The notes under the pieces were generated by a model, which made no database searches, was not told where the DNA came from, and worked only from the letters and a program-made list of their open reading frames with translations. From Cyanophora paradoxa CCMP329 (taxonomy: Eukaryota > Plantae > Glaucophyta): a stretch of DNA of 64,000 nt. Positions 26,047 through 36,306 of the stretch are shown here, in pieces. Every line of letters starts with the position of its first letter. Positions within the stretch are counted from its first letter, which is position 1. A program made the position numbers and the translations under genes. The stretch is from assembly GCA_004431415.1 (NCBI GenBank), contig QPMI01000023.1, positions 160,376 to 224,375 on the forward strand. The letters run 5' to 3'.

Positions 26047-27748
26047 TCATTCGAGTTCGAACTGGAGAGAGTTGGAGAGCCGAACGGGCCCCGCGAGCTT
26101 CGAATTCGAAGGGGCGGCGGCGGGGGCTTCGGGGGGCCTCTCGGGCGCTGGGGCCGGGACGGCGGGCGCCGCGAGGGGCGAGTCCGAAGGCCGCCGCGCC
26201 TCCTCCGGGGGCGCCAGGTCGAGGCTCACCGTCAGCCTGCGCGCGGTACCCCCGGAGCGCGAGTGAGTGCTTTCGAATCCGCGCGGGGCCGCTTCTCGCG
26301 GACCTGTGCGCCGCCTTGTCCCAGCTCGCGTCCCCCGAGTCCTCGTCCACCTTCTCGGGCAGGATAACCTGCCGGCGGGATTCGAACCCGGGCCTGGACG
26401 GCGAGAGGCTCGCACGGCACCGGCTCACCAGGAGGCTGTACCGGTCGGGAACGGAGAGGGAAACGCTGTACCCCGTGATATCCAGCTCGATGTCCGCGGC
26501 CGAGTCCTGGGGGAAGAAGTCAGGGAGGGGTACGAGGCGGGCGGGGCGGGGGCGGGGGGCGGGGGTACGCGCCACGAGGGGAAGGTCGATGGCGACACGC
26601 ACGCGGCGCTCTCCCTCCGGGCGCTCGAGCTCGTAGTGGGGGGTACGCGTCGTCTTCTTCTTCTCGGCGGGGGGGAACGCGAAGTGGGACTTGCGCCCCG
26701 GCAGCTCCGGGGCGGAACTGGGGGGAGGGGCGGAGGGGGGAGCCGAGGAGGGGGAAGGGGCGGGTTGGGAGAACGAAGCAGAGGGGTGCGACCGCGCGGC
26801 GGCCGCCGCGGCGGCGAAAGCCGCCGCCGCCGCCGCGTCGCCGCCGGATTTCGATGTACCCTGGCCGCCCGAGTCCTGCTCGTCGATCTCCTCCACCAGC
26901 GCCTTCTTCTCCGCACGGATGTAGTGCGGCGGCGGCTTCTCCGGGCCCTTGTAGCTGAGGTTGGGCAGCTTGTACCCTGCGCGGCCGCGCGGCGCTCAGG
27001 CGGGGCGCGTTCCGAAGGCGCGCGAGGCGGCGGCGGCGCCGCGCGCGCACTCCGGTCGAGCTGCTCGCTGTGCTTCTGCTGGATGCGCTCGATGACGAGG
27101 TCGGCAAGGAAGGCGCGCAGGTTCTTGTCGCCCTTCATCGCGTCCTGCACCGGCTTGCTGTTGAAGACCGCGTCGTACGCGATGCACTCGCGTCCCGCTG
27201 CAGTGCGCGCGGCGCGTCAGCGAGCGCGAGCGCGCGGCGGCGGGCGGCGGCTCGCCCTTGTCCTTCTCGGGCCGCGGGGCGCCGAGGCTGAGCGGGATGC
27301 GCCACTGCACCGACTCCTCGTCGATCGAGGGGCACTTGGAGGGATCCGCTGGTGCCGGGATCTTCGGGCTGTGCAGAATGTTGGCGAAGACTTTCGTCCC
27401 GTCCTCCCGCTTCGTCTGGGGGCGGACGCCGGCGGATCAAATCGCGGCGCCCCAAGGCTCGCCAGGGAAGGCGTGCGGCCAGCCTCACCTTGATGCAGAA
27501 GCCCACCTGAGGCTCTACGATCTCCATGTTGGGCGGAACGGGCGGCGGCTCGACAGGCGCGGCGCTCCCATCTTCGCCAGCAGCGCCCGCGGCCGCCATG
27601 GATGCCAGGAGCTGTGCGGCAACCTCGGGAGGGATACCATCGAGCCCGGCGGCCTTCAACTGCGCCCGGAGCTCCTCGTGAAAGTCTGCGAGTCCAACTT
27701 TAGCTATGCAAGCGCTATAGCCGCGAGCACGCTCCCGGCACCTTCCAT
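26047..27748 (-). CDS. PIH1-domain protein (PIH1D1/DNAAF2-like co-chaperone) with C-terminal CS domain; multi-exon
   Basis: IVEPQVGFCIK, KVFANI, WRIPLSLG, YDAVFNS, FLADLVIERI, LPNLSYKG, VAIDLP, VILPEKVDEDSGDASWDK, LTVSL, C-terminus LSNSLQFELE*. Confidence 0.8.
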
Positions 27749-27845
27749 GCTGGCGAGCGTCCGGAGGAGCGCGTCAGCTGCGCTGGTCCGCGCCGGGCTG
27801 CTCTGGACTTTTCCTCTTTTTTTCGGGCGGGTACGAGAAATCGAA

Positions 27846-30605
27846 ATGCTCGGCTTCGTCGCCCCGGTACCGGCCCCCGCGGGCGCGCAGGTGGGTGCAG
27901 CGCTCGCTGCTGAGGATCCAGCTTCACCCTTCGATCGCCGATCCGCACCGCAGCCGCAGATCTTTGAGGGCTGCGTACAGCCCGCACGGACGTCTCCCGC
28001 AGCTGCCACAAGGCCGTCTCAGCAGCTAGAGCGGTCCTGGCATGGAGCCGCGGTGCGGGTTGACCGGGGCACCGCGTGGGCTGCCGCGCCCCGGCGCTTC
28101 GTGGCTGCCGCCCAAGCCTCAGCGGCGAGCGCGGAAGAGCTGGTGCGGCTCGTTAAGGAGCGCTTCAAGGCCAAGCAGCCGAACAAGGTCCGCGGGCCCA
28201 CGTCGTGGCGGATTTGATCGCTGATCGCGAGGCGCTTCCGCGGGCCCCTAGATCCTTGAAGCGCTCTCCGAGGTCGATGCTGCCGCCGACCGCGAAGCAG
28301 CCGCCACTGTGCTGCGCGTGCGCTTGCCCCGCCCGGCCCGCGCCGCCCGCACTTCTCACTCGAAGAATCCGGACAGGCTGGGATGGAGAGCCTGTCGCGG
28401 CTAGGGAGCACGGCGCGGGCGCTGGGCGTGTTCGAGCGCATGCGAGCAGATCGGCTCGCGGAGGCCCAGGACTTCGTAACGGGCGCCAAGTGCCTCGTCC
28501 GCGCCGGCCAGTTCGACGCGGCGCGGGCCCTCGCGGAGGAGTACGCGGAGTCGGAGCGGGGTACAGGGACCCGCGACCTCTTCCTCGCGCTGGCGGCGGG
28601 TCGAATCCGCGCGGGCGACCCCGACGGAGCCTTCGCCCTCGTCCGGAGGCGCGCTCTTTGTTGGCTCTCCGTACGCCTCACGTCCCGAGAGCGGCGTACC
28701 CCCAGGCTCGCGGAGCTCGCTGGACGGGACGACGGCGGGCGCGGCCCCGGGCGCCTCGAGTTCCGCAGCCGCAACCCGTCGCAGGTCGACCTGGACGAGC
28801 GCGAGGTTCGCGTACCCCCCGTTCATCCTTTCCCCCCGCATCAACCTTCCGCCGCAGCCGCTTCTGCCGCCCGTCGATATCTACAAGGAGCTCATCCGGA
28901 CCTTCGGGAAGCTCAAGCGCATCGATGGCGCCATCGCCGTCCTCCGCCACATGAAGACCGTCGACGGGTACCCCCCTCCCCCTCCCAATCCCGTACCCCC
29001 TTCCGATCCGCTCACGGCGACGCCCCAGGCTGGCGCCGGACGCGGAGACGCTCGAGTTCTTCGCGAACGCGGTCATCCGCGACGTCCGCTTCGTCAAGGT
29101 ACCCCTGACCTGCGCTTTCTCCCCCGCCCCCCCCCACCCCTCCTCGCCGCGGGAATGACGTACCCCGCCCTCTTCCCCGCGCCGCAGGGCGCCACGAACG
29201 AGCAGCAGCTGATCACGGACGGCACTGCCGAAGTCTCTGTCATCGGTGCGGCCGCGGCGGATCCGGGGGCGCCAGCCGTGGGGCGCCCCGGCCCGTTAGG
29301 GTGTTCCGGTGGCCCAGCTGCCCGTGCGATTCGCTCGGAATGCTTCGCTCAGCACCCGCCGCCTTCTGCGGCCGATCGCTTGGCCGGCGTGTCCAAGCTC
29401 AAGCTAGCCAGCGCCCATCTCTGAGGTGTTGACGGCCCGCGGCGCCCGCCCCCGCCGCAGGCCTGAGCAACGTCGGCAAGTCGTCCCTCGTGAACACCCT
29501 CGTGGGCCGCAAGGACCTCGCCCGCTCCAGCAAGAAGGTCCGTACCCCCTTACCGTTCGGCGGCGTACCCACCTTGCGTTGTTCGCCCCGTCCCGGCCTA
29601 ACCGTGTACCCCTCCCCATCTCAGCCCGGGAAGACGCGCGAGTTCAATTACTTCGCGGTCAACGGCAAATCCCTGTACCTCGTCGACCTTCCCGGCCTCG
29701 GTACCCCCTTTTCTCCCCTCCCCCTTCCCCCTTCCCCACTTGACCTTTTTCGCAGGGTACGCCTCCGTCTCGCAGGCGCAGCGCGAGGACTGGTTCCGCT
29801 TCATCGATGACTACCTGCGGTTACCCCCACCCCACGAGCTCCTGTACCCCGGAGAGAAGGTTGATGTACCCGGCAGGTGGCGCCGGCCCCTCCGTTGCAT
29901 CCTGCACCTCATCGACTGCGAGCGCGTGGAGGATATCAGGCGAGCGCCGCCGGAGCTGGGCGCCCGCTCGGCCGCCCCAGGCCGCCCGTGCTGACGAGTC
30001 GGGGCGCGCGCGTGCGTGCGCAGCCCGCTGGACCTGCACGTGATGGACATCGCGAGCGGGCGCATCGGAATCACCAAGTATGTGGTGCTGCTGACGAAGT
30101 GCGACCGGCTGCGGACGGACGTCGCCCGCAACAAGCGCGTCGCAGCCATCCGGAAGGCGAGCCCCTTGGCTTTCTCTTCACCTTGCTTCTTCTTCCCCGG
30201 GCTTCTCTGAGCCCGCCTCTGCAGGTTCTTAGTGAGCACGGGCACGACGCGGAGGCGACGCCCGTCGTCGTCTGCTCATCCTCCGAGAAGTGGGGCCGCG
30301 ACGAGGCGCGTTCCGGTTAAAATTCGGATCCGAATTCGATCTGCGACTAGAGTTGATCCGACGGCCGCGTGCAGATCTGGTGGCTGCTGGAGGAGCTGCT
30401 GTGCCCGCCGATGATCTACCCGCGCTTCGACGACGAGGAGGGGGAAGAAGGCCTAGGGGGCGAGGGGAAGGCGGAGCCGGCGCCGGCGCCGGCGCCGGCG
30501 CAGGCGAGGAAGGCCCCGGCGAAGCCCGCGGGCGCCGCGAAGACAGGCGCCGGCGCAAAAGCAGGCGCAAAAGCAGGCGCAAAGCAGCGCGGCCGGGCTC
30601 GTTAA
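27846..30605 (+). CDS. engB: EngB/YihA (YsxC) ribosome-biogenesis GTPase with N-terminal targeting peptide and PPR/TPR-like helical region; multi-exon
   Basis: G1 [28 protein letters not shown]3 [11 protein letters not shown]4 LTKCD, G5 [10 protein letters not shown]; N-terminus MLGFVAPVP is Ala/Pro/Ser-rich. Confidence 0.85.
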
Positions 30606-31859
30606 TCGATCCACGTGTGTGCATTGAATGTCGAAACAAAGAAACGAGCTCGAGAGGGAGAGCACTGCTTAAGCTCCATCCTGGATCCTACTCGCTCTCC
30701 GCATCGCGCTGCAGCTTGTAGAGGCCGGCGAGGCCCTCCCGCGCGTGGCGCCGGGCGAAGCCCCGCAGCAGATCCCGCTCCTCCGCTTTCTTCGCGGCGT
30801 GCCTGTGAGCCGGCCAATCCGAGGGCTCGACCTGCTCCGCGCCCTCGCCCCCAGCGAGCAGCTCAATTTCTTCGTCGGACTTCTCGTCTCGCTCGCGCGT
30901 CAGTGAGGACGCACGCGGCCTGCGATATAATTAGCCCTTATAATAAGAGCCGGCCGCGCTGTTCGCGGGCACGCGAAATTAGAAGTAGCGCGCGCCGGCG
31001 TCGATTTTCGCGCACCTGCGCCCTTCGTGGCTTTTCTTCTCGCGCTTTGCCTCCGCGACCGCATCCCGCAGGGCTATTTCGTGCGCATGCCTGCCGGTCC
31101 TGTGGTGGTCTTCTTTTACGATGTCCAAACCTGCCGCATTCGAATTCGTGATTTTCCCTCACGGCCCGCGCGTGCATCGAGCTCGAGCTCGCGGACGTAT
31201 GCATACGCATGCATATGCGCACCGGTCGACTGCTCGTCGAAGTCCATCGCGCGCTCTGCTTCTCCAGACGTACTGGCGTCCCCTCGCGCGCGCGAAATTC
31301 GTTTGGGGATCGACAAATTAAAACTCTATAGATCCCCAGAACTTCCCTCCGGATCCGGGCCGGCCCTCGAATTAAATCCCTTCCAGCGCTAGCTATCTCC
31401 AATCCCCGTCGGCGCCGGCAGAGCTCTCCGGCCGACTGCTCGTCGAAGTCCATCATGCACGCGTATATATACGTACGTACGCGCTCGCGAAACTCCTTTG
31501 CGGATCGGATCGACCGATTTTCCGTCCGACGGTCCGGCCCAGCCCTCCGAGGCTCGAGCTCGAAATCCTTTCCCAACCCAGCTCGAAATCCTTTCCGCGG
31601 CAGGCTAAGCTACTAATTATAAGTTTAGGCTCATACTATGATATGCATGATCATTTGCAAGCCCATTTATATCGATCGCGCGATGCAGATCGCACGTGCT
31701 CTGCTTCACGTGCACCGGCCTAGGCCTCCCGATCGCGACCCTTCTCCACGGTCGAGCTCAAGATCTTGATTAAAAAACCGACTCGGACTCGCGATCGATT
31801 GCAATTGAGACGCGTCATCTTTTTCCCACATGCTCTCAGTGACTAGTACTGCAAGATCG

Positions 31860-33320
31860 ACAAGCAGGGGGGCAAGCCCCCCCGCACCCCCCCATTTACT
31901 GATGACCATGACTGTCGGACCATGACTGATGAGCGTTTGGCCCAGACTCCGCCGCCCAGTGGCCCGGCGGCGGCGGGGCGCCGGCCCGGCGGCCGGCGCC
32001 GGCGCCTCTAATATGGTCCGCTATAGCGCTAGGCTAAATAATACTGTAGAACTAGAAATATTAAGTGGGCTGCATATTTATAGTACTTAAAAAGTTTTGG
32101 GCAATTTCCTAAATATTACACGCCCCCACAGTGCTGGAGTAGACTAGAGGCTGTGGCCGGTAATTCACCAAAAAAAACATTTCGTAAATATTAATTCTCG
32201 CCTGCTAAAGCCGAGATTTCTTAGGGGTACTCTTTTCTTCGCCATACAAAAACCCTGCGAAGACCGACCTACCAATAGCTAAAAAAAAGCTTAGGGCCGC
32301 GGGGATGAACCGGCACAAGCGAAGACCGACCTACCAATGCTACCATTGCTACCAATTGCTAAAAAAAAGCTTAGGGCCGCGGCCCGCGGGGCTGAACCGG
32401 TATACATGCTAGTACTGGCCGCCGGACCGCGGCCCGGCGGGCCCGCTAGCGCGCGGCCCGGCTGAACCGGTGAAAAGCGGCCGCCGGGCCGCGGCAAGTT
32501 CACTAGCCCAGTTACCCCAGTACCGTAGCTGGCCCTGCTAGCCTGGCAGTGGCAACTAGTATAAACCAATAGGCTAGCTATTAATTTGCGATCGCGAGGA
32601 CGTCGACGTTCCGGGCAACTTCCGGCCCCATTACACCGAAATCTGACGGACGACTCCGAAAGCTAGCGCCCGATAGGCCAGCTTGACGTCATTGAACGGT
32701 TAGAAAAAAGCGAATTCGACAAGGCAATTTCGAAAGCAACTTCGTCATGATCAGAGATGGTTAATTAGGCCAGCTCCGCGAGGCTCGTCACCTGTTTCTT
32801 ACCGGCAAAGTCCCCCGGCGACTAGTGTAAAACAAATTACAAAGTGGTCCGATTAGACTCCGGTAAGTATATACGTATATATATATACCGGCCAACGCGC
32901 GTTCAAGAATTATTAATTGCTGGCAATCCGATATAGGCCAGCGCTAGCTTGACGACTTCGGAAGCTTTAATATTCGAAAATCGTGAAAATTGTATCAGTT
33001 TTTTTTTTAAAGAGCTACGGTGGGCGTGCCCACTCGTAGTACACAACGAGGATACAAGTCACGGTATCGGGAATCACAAGGATTCGAAGTTCAACGTAGC
33101 GGAAACAGCAGGAACCGAACCCGGGAATCCGGGAGGTCGTAGCACGACCTTATACCACTGCGCTAAAGCGCGGGAAAATTGTATCAGCCTCGGGTCACAA
33201 AAGAATCGAAATATATAATAGCTAATTGTAATCGCTATGCCAGTATGTCCGACGGTCATGATATCGATCATGAGTAATCAGTAAATGGGGGGGTGCGGGG
33301 GGGCTTGCCCCCCTGCTTGT
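31860..33320. mobile_element. Non-autonomous TIR element (MITE-like, 1461 bp) with perfect 44-bp terminal inverted repeats
   Basis: ACAAGCAG6CAAGC7GCAC7ATTTACTGAT at 31860-31903 is the exact reverse complement of 33277-33320. There is an imperfect subterminal extension (CATGACYGTCGGAC) and an internal duplication at ~32257-32382. No transposase ORF; no clear TSD. Confidence 0.8.
32999..33173 (-). mobile_element. tRNA-derived SINE (175 bp) nested in the TIR element
   Basis: Minus strand begins CCGCGCTTTAGCGCAGTGG (A box), then stem-loop AGGTC-GTGCTAC-GACCT and B-box-like GGGTTCGGTTCC. It ends in A10 (T10 at 32999-33008) and is flanked by the 14-bp direct repeat GAAAATTGTATCAG (32985-32998, 33174-33187). 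Confidence 0.85.
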
Positions 33321-33698
33321 ATACAGTCGCGCTACTTAAGGAACGGGTACCGGTGCTCAGCGGCTTCGAAATAATCACTGTTTTCGCTAGCGCTGCGTAC
33401 GCGTACGCGTTGACTTCGAATTTACCTGCTGGTCATGATGTGCTCCGTCTGCACAATTGCAAGGATGCGCAGCAGCGCTCAACGGCTAGCTGCATGCGCA
33501 GTAGCACTAGTATATACGTACTACGGTATGTACACGGTTGCTAATTATAAATAAGCGCAACCGCGGCCGGGTAACGACAGCTCAGCGGCTGCTGCTGCAG
33601 GCTGTAGCCTGTAGCTACGTTTAAAGCCTACAGTAGCTATAGCAGTAGAACGTTAACAGCGGCAGATTACCGTAGTACAGTGCACACCGTGGCACGTG

Positions 33699-33812
33699 TT
33701 TCCGTTACTTTCCGTTACTTTTCGCTATCCGCCACTTAAGCTGTCCGTTACTTTCCGGAAACGTCCGTTATCCGCCACTTCAGTTTTCCGTTACTTCCGT
33801 TATCTACCACTT
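33699..33812. repeat. Cluster of short TCCGTTAYT / TATCCGCCACTT repeats near the host-virus junction
   Basis: Several TCCGTTA copies and three TATCYRCCACTT copies within ~115 bp. Confidence 0.7.
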
Positions 33813-34302
33813 TCCATGCACGCCACTGGCCAGCTAGCGCTTAAACTGCTGGGGAAAACGCAAGCGCAAAATCCGTTGACGTTAGCATTGAAGACAACGT
33901 CCCCCCAGAAGATTAAGCCTTCTTCTGGGGTCTATATAGGAGGGCCATCAATGGGCCAAACGCGAAAAGTCAACTCCGAGAGCTCGAGACTCGGAAGTGA
34001 CGCTTGGATTGCGGAGGTTCTTATAACCGCCGCAACAGCTGTGGGGGTACCCCTTCCGAGGCTGGCGATCGCGGCGATCACGAGCCGATCGCGACCCTGG
34101 TGATCGCGACTTTCTCCCGATCGCGACCCTTTTCGATCGCGATTTCGAGATCGGGGGCATTTCCGCGATCGCGAGAAAGGAAAAATCGGAAAAGGCCGAA
34201 AAGTGCTGTTTTCACGCGTGGAATCGAGCGAAAACGAGGGTTCGAATCCCGGGCCCGGATTTGGACTTGGGCAGAATCTCGAGTCAAAATGGGAGAAAAA
34301 TG

Positions 34303-34403
34303 GGACCTAGGACCTTGGTGCTTGGTGCTTGGTGCTTGGGGCTTGGGACTTGGGACTTGGGACTTGGGACTTGGGAAGAGTTGGAATCAGAGTCTGGACT
34401 CAA
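34303..34403 (+). repeat. Heptamer array (CTTGGTG/CTTGGGG/CTTGGGA)n, copy 1
   Basis: About 9 tandem 7-mers followed by GAGTCTGGACTC; same orientation as the copy at 36307. Confidence 0.85.
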
Positions 34404-34432
34404 AACGGGGAAATTTTCGGAGGGGGAGAAAA

Positions 34433-34903
34433 ATGTCAGGCAATCTCTATTACGATTTCCCCTTTGAGTTGCATATGGCATTCGAGAGGCTGCGCGAGTT
34501 CTGGCGTTGGCACCTCACAGGACATGACATTCCCGACATAACACCAGAGCCCAACACACAGGGCGTGCTTGAAGTCATCCGTCAATATCCGCGTCGATTC
34601 AATGAATGGATTGAGTTCCACGCGACGAGCCGTTTCCAGAGCCTCCCCGAGGCCATACGCGAAAATTTCGTGAGGCTGGTGGGGCCAGGCTACGACAACC
34701 CTAACAATCATAGACCAAGCCCAGCTGGGGTGATGCGCGAAGCTCGAGAAGACCGTAGACTTTTCCGCAGGGAATTGAGAGAGGATAGACGGAGGCTTTC
34801 AATGGGGCTCCCGCAGATTGTGAGGGGGTACAGCCCGGATTACGAGACTTACCAAGAATTGTACGGCTTCGAAAATCCCTTTGAGAGGGTACTACCAGGG
34901 TGA
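34433..34903 (+). CDS. Viral hypothetical protein (156 aa)
   Basis: MSGNLYYDFPFELH...; ATG preceded by the AAATTTTCGG motif; non-repetitive protein-like composition. Confidence 0.65.
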   Translation: MSGNLYYDFPFELHMAFERLREFWRWHLTGHDIPDITPEPNTQGVLEVIRQYPRRFNEWIEFHATSRFQSLPEAIRENFVRLVGPGYDNPNNHRPSPAGVMREAREDRRLFRRELREDRRRLSMGLPQIVRGYSPDYETYQELYGFENPFERVLPG

Positions 34904-35243
34904 GGGGCCAGGGGGGGGCCCCTGAGGGTGTACCCCCCATCCGAGACTCGACCTTCGGCGGACGCACTCGGGCGATTTCCGTCAGGCCGGCTCCCTTTTT
35001 CTGCCTTCGGTCCAACGCTAAATTTGGCTTTTTTCAGGCCAGTTGGCAACGTTTTCCGTTGCGAACTAGGCCGCGAAAAAAATCGCCCACAAAACCGCGG
35101 CCCGCCGCCATTTTGGCTCACTCTTGAAACGGGTTCGCCGCCTCTCTCAGCCCAAGCAAACTCCGCCTCTCCGAATCCGTGCAAGTCCGCCCTCACAGTC
35201 ACTTCACGTTTTGCCTTTGCTGATCTCTCTTCCCTTTGCGCAG

Positions 35244-36248
35244 ATGTCGCTTCCCTCTGAGCTTGTTGAGGACCTTGCCAAGGCCCGCGAGATGTGGACT
35301 AAGTCCCGCGATTGGCCTACCCGTGCAATGGAGAAGCGTGCCCGCAATCTGGGGTACAACTACCAAGCCTACATCGGCCCGAACAACACCCCCGCCATTA
35401 CCCTCAACTTTATTCCAAGCCTTGCCCCCAAGCCCAAGCCCGCCCCGGCATTTGTCCCAACTCCCGAAATGCTCCAAATTCAAGCCGAGTCTGCCGCCGA
35501 AACTCTCGCCTGGGCCAATCCCCCGCAAGCCTTCACGAATTACCCCCCTCCGTCATCGTCGTCATCTGCCCCTCAGCCCGTCGCCGAGCCCGCCCCTGAG
35601 CCCGCCGATGACGCCGAGTCCGAGGCCTCTGACGCCGAGTCTGACATCAACGACTTTATCGACTTTGACGTGCCGATTCCATACGACTCTGAGTCATCTT
35701 CCGACTCTGAAGGCGACAACGAAAACCCGACTCGCAAGCGCCGCATTATCAAGACCAAGTCAATCGTCAAGAAGAAGTTCATGGAGACCACGTCATTCAC
35801 CGACAACTCCGAGCGAGTCAAGAATCCCGCCAAGGAACACGAAAAAGACTTGAAGATCGGCGCTGGCATTGCCCGTTCTCGCGTGACGTCACACTACACC
35901 GAGCGCCTGACTCAGCACGTCAAGACCATTGAGAAGCGCATCATCGCCAAGCGCGAAATGGCCGAACTCCGGCGCAAGTTGCGTCACGAGCGCCTTCTTC
36001 GTCGCGAGATGACGCTGGCCAAGATTGCCGAGCGCAAGAAGAAGGAGGCAGCGGAACTTAGGGCGCGCGTCGAGGCTCAGCAGCGGCGCGAGGCAGAGGC
36101 GGCAGCGGCCTTGGCGGCGCAGCGCGAGCAGGAGCGGCAGGACTTAGTGCAGGCAGCGCAGGCCCTTCCCCGCATTCCCCTTAAGTCCACGCCCGAGGCC
36201 CCGATTGACTTGGTTTCCGACGATGACTCTGATTTTGAGATGCTGTAA
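35244..36248 (+). CDS. Viral hypothetical nuclear protein (acidic tract, NLS, coiled coil, C-terminal SIM-like motif)
   Basis: MSLPSELVEDL...; PTRKRRIIK; E/R/A-rich helix; ends APIDLVSDDDSDFEML. Confidence 0.75.
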   Translation: MSLPSELVEDLAKAREMWTKSRDWPTRAMEKRARNLGYNYQAYIGPNNTPAITLNFIPSLAPKPKPAPAFVPTPEMLQIQAESAAETLAWANPPQAFTNYPPPSSSSSAPQPVAEPAPEPADDAESEASDAESDINDFIDFDVPIPYDSESSSDSEGDNENPTRKRRIIKTKSIVKKKFMETTSFTDNSERVKNPAKEHEKDLKIGAGIARSRVTSHYTERLTQHVKTIEKRIIAKREMAELRRKLRHERLLRREMTLAKIAERKKKEAAELRARVEAQQRREAEAAAALAAQREQERQDLVQAAQALPRIPLKSTPEAPIDLVSDDDSDFEML

Positions 36249-36306
36249 ATAGTATTGCGTCATTCCATTGTACATACTTGTAAAAATTGGCCGACTATTT
36301 TTACTT

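Noticed and set aside
30938-31576. ORFs and a ~21-bp duplication (GACTGCTCGTCGAAGTCCATC) downstream of engB
   Set aside because: No recognisable protein motifs; treated as intergenic or decayed repeat.
100-31600. Numerous long R/P/G/A-rich ORFs in the ORF track
   Set aside because: Artifacts of very high GC and read-through of short introns; the real genes are spliced.
33099-33173. Functional tRNA-Ser(GCT) gene
   Set aside because: The acceptor stem and 3' D-stem do not pair; the poly-A tail and TSD indicate a SINE head.
36250-36258. TAGTATTGC resembling the CRESS-virus nonanucleotide origin
   Set aside because: One mismatch and no flanking stem-loop; likely chance.
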